A stretch of 64,000 nucleotides of DNA from a bacterium UBP2_UBA2255 (GTDB taxonomy: Bacteria; Edwardsbacteria; AC1; EtOH8): assembly GCA_002347565.1 (NCBI GenBank), contig DDXR01000038.1, forward strand, positions 9,909 through 73,908. Direction: 5' to 3'. Under the pieces are notes generated by a model. That model did no database searches and was not told where the DNA came from. It saw nothing but the letters and a program-made list of their open reading frames with translations. A program made the translations under genes and the position numbers. This document shows, one piece after another, positions 58,046 through 64,000 of this stretch (its first letter is position 1; each line of letters opens with the position of its first letter).

Positions 58046-58091
58046 GTCGTTCGAACGTTCTAACGTTCCAACGTTACAACGTTAAAACGTC
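58046..58091. repeat. tandem array of six AACGTT units with 8-nt period, ~30 nt upstream of the four-helix-bundle gene
   Basis: tcgTTCGAACGTTctAACGTTccAACGTTacAACGTTaaAACGTcgg; unit starts at 58054, 58062, 58070, 58078 and 58086. Confidence 0.7.
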
Positions 58092-58096
58092 GGTGA

Positions 58097-58930
58097 TCAG
58101 GCCTCGTCCGCGAAGGTCTTCTCCATCCGCCGGAAATAGAAGGCGCCGCTCACCAGGATCGCCAGCCCCGCGCACAGCGAGACCAGCATGGTGTTCAGCG
58201 GCATCAGGCCGGTGCCCAGGAACGCCCAGCGGAACCCGTTGATCACGCCCACCATCGGGTTGAGCGCGTAGAGCGGCTGCCACTGGGCCGGGATCAGCAT
58301 CAGCGAGTAGGCCACCGGCGAGGCGAACATCCAGGCCTGGATCATGAACGGAATGGCGTGGCCCACGTCGCGGTAGCGGACGTTCAGCGCCGACAGCCAC
58401 AGCCCCGCCCCCAGCGCCACCGACAGCGTCACCAGCACCAGCAACGGCAGCAGCAGCAGCCCCCAGCCGAACGGCATGCGGTACCAGGCCATCAGGGCGA
58501 ACAGCACCAGCAGCGAGATGGCGAAGTCCACCAGCGGGGACAGGGTGCTGGAGACCGGGATCAGCAGGCGAGGGAAGTAGACCTTCTTGACCATGCCGGA
58601 ACTGCCCACCACGCTATTGGTGGCGCGGGTCAGCGCGGCGGCGAACAGGTTCCACGGCAGCAGGGCGCAGAAGGTGAACACCGGGTAGGGCACACCGCCC
58701 GAGGGCAGCTTGCCGAACCTGCCGAACACCAGGCTGAAGATCACCATCGTCACCACCGGTTGGATCACCGCCCACAGCACGCCCAGCGCGGTCTGCTTGT
58801 AGCGCACCAGGATGTCGCGCCAGGTCAGGAAGTACAGCAGCTCCCGGTAGCGCCACAGCTCCCGGACGTCGATCGGAATCCAGCCCCTGCGGGGCTCGAT
58901 GATGGTGACGGGTGCGTCGGCGTCCATCAA
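58097..58930 (-). CDS. wzm: polysaccharide ABC transporter permease Wzm (ABC-2 type)
   Basis: Six-TM ABC-2 permease with N-terminal ELWRYRELLYFLTWRDILVRYKQTALGVLWAVIQP, typical of Wzm/TagG. Confidence 0.85.
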   Translation of the reverse strand: MMDADAPVTIIEPRRGWIPIDVRELWRYRELLYFLTWRDILVRYKQTALGVLWAVIQPVVTMVIFSLVFGRFGKLPSGGVPYPVFTFCALLPWNLFAAALTRATNSVVGSSGMVKKVYFPRLLIPVSSTLSPLVDFAISLLVLFALMAWYRMPFGWGLLLLPLLVLVTLSVALGAGLWLSALNVRYRDVGHAIPFMIQAWMFASPVAYSLMLIPAQWQPLYALNPMVGVINGFRWAFLGTGLMPLNTMLVSLCAGLAILVSGAFYFRRMEKTFADEA

Positions 58931-58979
58931 ACCAAGCAGCCGGTATCGCTACCGGCCGCCGTCGTCCATCGGTCAGTGG

Positions 58980-59201
58980 TTACTTGCAGCAGGGCCCGCC
59001 GTCCTTGTGCGCCTGTGCCTTGACGAGGCAGAGTTTCACGGCGATGGCCGCTAGCAGGAACAACTGGGCCATGTCGACATACGTGTTGTGCCTGATGTCC
59101 AGGAACTCCCGGGGTAGTATCCCAACCTTGGATATGATCCCGGTCAGAAAACTGGCCGCCGCCATCAGGATGAGCAGCGTTGTCAGGCGGATCTTCGGCA
59201 T
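58980..59201 (-). CDS. hypothetical small membrane protein (73 aa, 2 TM, C-terminal GGPCCK)
   Basis: ORF immediately downstream of thrS with two hydrophobic helices; no family recognised. Confidence 0.3.
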   Translation of the reverse strand: MPKIRLTTLLILMAAASFLTGIISKVGILPREFLDIRHNTYVDMAQLFLLAAIAVKLCLVKAQAHKDGGPCCK

Positions 59202-59363
59202 CGTCCTTCCTCCCTGTTTTGATTGTCGGTTGGTTTGGGCGTCCGTGTTCGGTATCCGTTCTCAGGCCGTCCCTGCGAGCCGACTATTCCGTCTGGATTC
59301 CCGATTTCTCGGGAATGACACACAGCAACGTCCCTCCGTGCCTCAGTGTCTCCGTGGCAAAAA

Positions 59364-61298
59364 TCAGGCCCGCTCGGCCACTTCCTTATGCAGCAGCGCC
59401 ACCAGCTCGTCCACCGTCAGCTGCCCGACGTCGCCCCTGCCGTGGCGCCGCAGCGAAACCCTGTTGGTTTCGGCCTCCTTGGCGCCGACGATGGCCATGC
59501 AGGGCACCTTGGCGATCTCGGCGTCGCGGATCTTGGCGCCGATCTTCTCGCCGCCCGGGTTGAGCGTGACCCGGAACCCCTGGGCCGTCAGCACCCCCGC
59601 CAGCTTGCGGGCGTACTCCCCCTGGGCGCTGGTGATGTTCAGCACCGCCACCTGCACCGGCGCGAGCCACAGCGGGAAGTTGCCTGCGTAGTGCTCGATC
59701 AGGATGCCGAAGAACCGCTCCAGCGATCCCAGCAGCGCGCGGTGCACCATGTAGGGCCGGTGCTTGGCGCCGTCCTCGGCCACGTAGGTCATGTCGAACT
59801 TCTCGGGCATGTTGAAGTCGAACTGGATGGTGGTGCACTGCCACAGCCGGCCCAGCGAATCGCGGATCTTGATGTCGATCTTGGGCCCGTAGAACACCGC
59901 CTCGCCCTCCATCCGCTCGGCCGCGATGCCGCGCGCCTGCAGCGCCTTGACCAGCGACTGCTCGGCCTTGACCCACATCTCGTCGGCGCCGGCGTACTTG
60001 TCCAGGCGGGCCGGGTCCCGCACCGACAGCTCGATCTTGACGTCCGTGAAGCCGAAGTCGGACAGGATCGACAGGGAGAAGTCCAGCACTCTGAGTATTT
60101 CCTCGTCCATCTGGGCCGGCGTGCAGATGATGTGGGCGTCGTCCTGGGTGAACCCGCGGACGCGAAACAGGCCGGCCAGGGTGCCGCTGCGCTCGTAGCG
60201 GTAGACCGTGCCCAGCTCGGCCCAGCGCAGGGGCAGGTCGCGGTAGGAGTAGTGGCCCGACTTGTAGATCATGATCTGCATCGGGCAGTTGACCGGCTTG
60301 AGGTAGTACTTGTCGCCGTCGATGTCCACGGGCGAGTACATGTTCTCGTGATAGAACTTGAGGTGGCCCGAGGTCTGCCAGACCCACTCCCGGCCGAGGT
60401 GCGGGGTGTAGACGATGTCGTAGCCTCCGGCGAAGTGCCGCTTGCGCCAGTGGTCCTCGACGATCGACCGCATCCGCGCGCCCTTGGGGTGCCAGCACAC
60501 CAGGCCGGCCCCCAGCTCCTCGTGCAGGGAGAAGAGGTCGAGTTCCTTGCCCAGCCGGCGGTGGTCGCGCTTCTTGATCTCCTCCAGCTTGGCCAGGTGG
60601 GCGTCCAGCTGCTCCTTCTTGTCGAAGGCGGTGCCGTAGATGCGCTGCAGCATCTTGTTGCGCTCGTCGCCCCGCCAGTAGGCGCCGGCCACCGACAGCA
60701 GCTTGTAGTGCCTGATCCGGCCGGTGGAAGGCACGTGCGGCCCGCGGCAGAGGTCGATGAAGCCGCCCTGCCGGTAGCACGAGATGGTCTCGCCGGCCGG
60801 TAGCGCCTCGATCAGCTCGACCTTGTAGGTCTCGCCCAGCTGCTTGAAATGCTCGATCGCCTGGTCGCGCGGCATCTCCTGGCGGGTGACCGGCAGATCA
60901 CGGAGCACGATCTCCGCCATCCGCGCTTCGATTTTTTTCAGGTCCTCGGCGGCGAAGGGCGTTTCGCGGTCGAAGTCGTAGTAGTACCCGTCCTCGATGG
61001 CCGGGCCGATGGCCACCTTGGTGCCGGGGTAGAGCTCGGTGACCGCCTGGGCCATCAGATGGCTGGCCGAGTGGCGCAACACCTCCCTGCCCTGGTCGGA
61101 GTCGAAGGTCAGCGCCGCGAACCTCGCGTCATGGCCGATCGGCGTTCCGAGATCGACCGGCGTACCGTCCAGCGAGGCGGCGAGCGCGGCCCTGGCCAGG
61201 CCCGGGCCTATGGACTTGATCACCTCGGCCGCGGTGGTCCCGGCCGGGTACTCCCGGACGCTGTCGTCCGGGAGGGTCAGCTTGATGGTGGCGCTCAT
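59364..61298 (-). CDS. thrS: threonine--tRNA ligase
   Basis: TGS N-terminus MSATIKLTLPDDSVREYPAGTT, HSASHLMAQAV, class II core FRVRGFTQDDAHI and GPKIDIKIRDSLGR match ThrRS. Confidence 0.92.
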   Translation of the reverse strand: MSATIKLTLPDDSVREYPAGTTAAEVIKSIGPGLARAALAASLDGTPVDLGTPIGHDARFAALTFDSDQGREVLRHSASHLMAQAVTELYPGTKVAIGPAIEDGYYYDFDRETPFAAEDLKKIEARMAEIVLRDLPVTRQEMPRDQAIEHFKQLGETYKVELIEALPAGETISCYRQGGFIDLCRGPHVPSTGRIRHYKLLSVAGAYWRGDERNKMLQRIYGTAFDKKEQLDAHLAKLEEIKKRDHRRLGKELDLFSLHEELGAGLVCWHPKGARMRSIVEDHWRKRHFAGGYDIVYTPHLGREWVWQTSGHLKFYHENMYSPVDIDGDKYYLKPVNCPMQIMIYKSGHYSYRDLPLRWAELGTVYRYERSGTLAGLFRVRGFTQDDAHIICTPAQMDEEILRVLDFSLSILSDFGFTDVKIELSVRDPARLDKYAGADEMWVKAEQSLVKALQARGIAAERMEGEAVFYGPKIDIKIRDSLGRLWQCTTIQFDFNMPEKFDMTYVAEDGAKHRPYMVHRALLGSLERFFGILIEHYAGNFPLWLAPVQVAVLNITSAQGEYARKLAGVLTAQGFRVTLNPGGEKIGAKIRDAEIAKVPCMAIVGAKEAETNRVSLRRHGRGDVGQLTVDELVALLHKEVAERA

Positions 61299-61386
61299 GG
61301 GATTCCTTGTCCTGGCGATGTCCGGTTCTGCTCCTGGTTGGCGGGATCAGCCGGCGCCGGCACGGGCGCCATCCCGGTTAAAGCCT

Positions 61387-61415
61387 ATATTACCATTGAT
61401 TTATTGCCAATGCAA
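61387..61415 (-). promoter_or_regulatory. sigma70-like promoter for thrS (minus strand): TTGCAT, 17-nt spacer, TAATAT
   Basis: Reverse complement of 61387-61415 reads TTGCATtggcaataaatcaatggTAATAT, ~85 nt upstream of the thrS ATG. Confidence 0.5.
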
Positions 61416-61490
61416 GCCTTTTTCGGCGTTTGCCGGCGGCGTTCCGTGGCGCCGCCGGCGGCGGCGCGCTCATTTCCGGTTTTTCTTCTC

Positions 61491-61519
61491 TTGACAAAGC
61501 CCGCCGAATATACTATCAT
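61491..61519 (+). promoter_or_regulatory. sigma70-like promoter for the S8 peptidase: TTGACA, 17-nt spacer, TATCAT; AGGAGG RBS at 61546-61551
   Basis: ttgacaaagcccgccgaatatactatcat has the same -35/-10 hexamers as the trxB promoter; GGAGG lies 5 nt before the ATG at 61556. Confidence 0.5.
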
Positions 61520-61555
61520 ATTTGTTCGCACCAACAACCAATGCAAGGAGGTCCC

Positions 61556-64000
61556 ATGTCCCGTCCCATCCGCATCGCGGCCGTCGCCGCCGGTTGCCTG
61601 CTGTTGGCGGCAGCGCCCTGCCTGGCCGCGCCCTCCGGCGCCGCGCCGGCAGCCGGCCAGCCGGCATCCGCCCGGTCCGGCATGCCGTCCTCGTCCGGTT
61701 ACGAGACGCCGGCCGCCTACGGCGGCGCCGAGCTGATCACGTTCTCCAACGGCATCGTCATCAACACCGACCTGGGCCAGCCCGACCTGCCGGCGAGCCT
61801 GACCATCGACGGCGACGCCCAGCGCGGGGCCGGCTACTACATCGTGCAGTTCTCCGGGCCGGTGCAGCAGGATTGGAAGCGGGACCTGGAGGCCCGCGGC
61901 GCCAAGATCCTGTCCTACCTCCCGAACTACGCCTTCGTGGTGCGGATGGACGCCGCCTCCCGCAACGGCGTGCTGGCCCACTCGGCAGTGCGCTGGGTCG
62001 GACCCTACCAGCCCGCCTACAAGATCTCGGGACAGCCCGGGCTCAAGGCCACCTCGGGCCGCCTGACCGCGGTCATCGCCCTGCACTACGACGAGAGCCT
62101 GGAACAGGCCCGGGCCGACCTCGAGGCCCTGGGGGCCGAGGTGCTGGAGGCCACTGCCTCCGAGCACAGCAAGCTGATCAAGGCCGAGATCGACCTGGCC
62201 GCGCGGGACCGCATAGCCAGCCTGACCGCGGTGTCGTGGATCGAGCCCTGGCACCCGCTGCGGCTGATGAACGACCTGTGCCAGTACGTGGTGCAGGACG
62301 GCGTGGCCGGCAGCCGCACCATCTGGGCCAAGGGCATCCGCGGCGAGGGCCAGGTGCTGTCCTCCAGCGACTCGGGCGTGCGCGTGACGCACAACATGTT
62401 CAACGACCCGGCCGTCTCGCTGACCACCTGGGGCGACTACCCCACCCACCGCAAGATCGTCGCCTACAAGCAGATCGGCGAGGCCACCTTCGGCGACGAG
62501 TCGGTCAACTATTACCACGGCAGCCACACCGGCGGCACGCTGTGCGGCGACGACTCGGTCACCGGCGGCGCCAGCGCCTACGACGGCATGGCCATCAAGG
62601 CCCGGCTGTACTTCATGGACGGCGGCGGCTCCACCTCGGGCATCTGGGGCTGGAGCGACCTGTCCTACCTGTTCGGCCCACCCCACGGCGGCGTCGCCGG
62701 CTACCCCGAGACCCGGGCTTACATCATGTCCAACAGCTGGGGCTCGCAGCAGACCACCGGCCCCATGCCCTACGACACCAAGTGCCAGACCCTTGACCAG
62801 TACACCTGGAACAACAAGGATTTCCTGCCGTTCTTCTCGCAGGGCAACACCGACGGCGGCCAGTACGTCGGCTCGCCGGCGGTGGCCAAGAACTGCGTGT
62901 CGGTGGGCGCCACCATGAACGGCACCAGCGCGGCCACGCTGGCCTCGTTCAGCGTCTACGGGCCGACCCAAGACCAGCGCCGCAAGCCGATGCTGGTGGC
63001 CCCGGGCAACAACCTGAACTCGGCCTACGGCGCCAACAACACCGGCTACACCACGATGTCCGGCACCAGCATGTCCTGCCCGGCGGCCGCCGGCGCCGCG
63101 GTGCTGGCCCGCCAGTACTTCACCGAGGGCTGGTACCCGTCCGGCGTCAAGACCCCCGCCGACGCCTTCGTCCCATCGGGCGCGCTGCTCAAGGCCGTGC
63201 TGCTGGCCGGCGCCGACAAGGGTACGCCGGTGATCCCCGACACCCGCTACGGCTGGGGCCGGGTCGACCTCGACAGCTCGCTGTACTTCTCCGGCGACTA
63301 CCGCAAGCTGGCCGTGATCGACGACGCGGTGGGGCTGCAGACCGGTCAGTACAAGGAATACAGCATCTCCATCCCGGACAGCCTGTGCATCCTGCGCGCC
63401 GCGCTCTGCTGGACCGACTACCCGGGCATGCCGGGCGCCGGCCGGATGATCGTCAACGACCTCGACCTGACGGTGATCGACCCCTACGGCACCACCTACC
63501 GCGGCAACAACTTCACCTCCAGCCAGTCGAACACCAACGCCACGTTCGACACGGTCAACGTCGAGGAGAACGTCCGCCGCAACCGGGCCGCCTACCGCAC
63601 CGGCACCTGGACGCTGCGGGTCTCGGCCCGCAACACGCCGCAGGGCCCCCAGCCCTACGCCCTGGCCATCACCGGCCCGGTGTCCGGGCCGCTGTCCTGG
63701 ACCCCGGCGCCGCTGATCGGCATCCAGTCCAACACCGTGATCGACGCCGGCCAGTCGCGGCCCAACGCCAAGCTGGATCCGGGCGAGACCGACTCCATCC
63801 GGATCGTGCTGGTCAACAGCGGCCCGGTTGACGCCGCCGGCGTCACGGCCAAGCTGCGCACCGCCTCGGCCCACGTCACCAAGGTCGACACCACGGCCGA
63901 CTACGGCACCATCGTCGCCGGCGGCGGCAGCTCGGCCGGCGACAACTTCCTGGTGACGATGTCGGCCGCCACGCCCGAGGGCACCACCATCCCCTTCGTG
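61556..64000 (+). CDS. secreted subtilisin-like serine peptidase (S8 family), 3'-truncated by the window edge
   Basis: My own translation from the ATG at 61556 gives the signal peptide MSRPIRIAAVAAGCLLLAAAPCLAAPS, the catalytic His motif YYHGSHTGGT and the Ser motif SGTSMSCPAAAGAA with no stop to 64000. Not in the ORF track because it is incomplete; the listed 829-aa minus-strand ORF is its antisense artefact. Confidence 0.8.
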   Translation, partial: MSRPIRIAAVAAGCLLLAAAPCLAAPSGAAPAAGQPASARSGMPSSSGYETPAAYGGAELITFSNGIVINTDLGQPDLPASLTIDGDAQRGAGYYIVQFSGPVQQDWKRDLEARGAKILSYLPNYAFVVRMDAASRNGVLAHSAVRWVGPYQPAYKISGQPGLKATSGRLTAVIALHYDESLEQARADLEALGAEVLEATASEHSKLIKAEIDLAARDRIASLTAVSWIEPWHPLRLMNDLCQYVVQDGVAGSRTIWAKGIRGEGQVLSSSDSGVRVTHNMFNDPAVSLTTWGDYPTHRKIVAYKQIGEATFGDESVNYYHGSHTGGTLCGDDSVTGGASAYDGMAIKARLYFMDGGGSTSGIWGWSDLSYLFGPPHGGVAGYPETRAYIMSNSWGSQQTTGPMPYDTKCQTLDQYTWNNKDFLPFFSQGNTDGGQYVGSPAVAKNCVSVGATMNGTSAATLASFSVYGPTQDQRRKPMLVAPGNNLNSAYGANNTGYTTMSGTSMSCPAAAGAAVLARQYFTEGWYPSGVKTPADAFVPSGALLKAVLLAGADKGTPVIPDTRYGWGRVDLDSSLYFSGDYRKLAVIDDAVGLQTGQYKEYSISIPDSLCILRAALCWTDYPGMPGAGRMIVNDLDLTVIDPYGTTYRGNNFTSSQSNTNATFDTVNVEENVRRNRAAYRTGTWTLRVSARNTPQGPQPYALAITGPVSGPLSWTPAPLIGIQSNTVIDAGQSRPNAKLDPGETDSIRIVLVNSGPVDAAGVTAKLRTASAHVTKVDTTADYGTIVAGGGSSAGDNFLVTMSAATPEGTTIPFV

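Noticed and set aside
57601-58091. tRNA, CRISPR or attachment sites in the AACGTT arrays
   Set aside because: The repeats are 8-nt period with no spacers of CRISPR length. No cloverleaf-compatible segment or GTTCGAATCC T-loop is present, and no integrase is nearby. They are reported as simple tandem arrays.
61385-63874. 829-aa minus-strand ORF
   Set aside because: It is antisense to the S8 peptidase, whose plus-strand reading has signal peptide, His and Ser catalytic motifs. The protein is Arg/Gly/Ala-rich and low-complexity, as expected for a reverse frame in high-GC DNA.

Overview
High-GC (~68%) bacterial window in which almost every gene lies on the minus strand (1-61.3 kb); only a trxB-like gene and a 3'-truncated S8 peptidase are on the plus strand. 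Three proteins carry Por/T9SS-type C-terminal sorting domains, which points to the FCB superphylum (for example Gemmatimonadota-like).

Gene content, left to right:
- Housekeeping block: argS (partial), rsfS, LytR_C protein, FKBP lipoprotein, sugar nucleotidyltransferase, a panB-panC-X-panD operon, trxB, asnS, CPBP protease, M23 peptidase, dusB.
- Glycine-cleavage block: gcvT-gcvH-gcvPA with no adjacent gcvPB, preceded by a single-domain response regulator and glyQS.
- Secreted-protein block: a small T9SS protein, a NAT-repeat secreted protein, a FecR-like protein and a 1649-aa T9SS-secreted beta-propeller/beta-helix giant.
- A four-gene locus that I flag as a candidate novel peptide-processing or signalling system: a Nif11/NHLP-like leader protein ending in GG, a DUF2180-like zinc ribbon, a TPR protein, and a polytopic membrane protein combining a PqqD/RRE-like N-terminus, an M50 (S2P) HExxH...LDG core and tandem cNMP-binding domains.
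- nadD and bamD.
- A ~26 kb ABC-transporter-dependent glycan locus: DegT aminotransferase, two WecA-like GT4 genes, wecB, about 14 GT1/GT2 genes, CE4 deacetylase, three methyltransferases, hexapeptide acetyltransferase, radical SAM/SPASM enzyme, O-antigen-ligase-like protein, and wzm/wzt with a Wzt C-terminal glycan-binding domain.
- thrS and the S8 subtilase.

Striking anomalies:
- A ~460-nt low-GC in-frame insertion inside the zinc ribbon of glyQS.
- A low-GC membrane-protein gene precisely embedded between panC and panD.
- A four-helix-bundle (23S IVS protein family) gene inserted between wzm and wzt, flanked on both sides by 8-nt-period AACGTT arrays, with a solo array between gcvPA and gcvH.
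- A degenerate methyltransferase paralog.

No rRNA, tRNA or CRISPR was seen. Several listed long ORFs are antisense artefacts of high GC.
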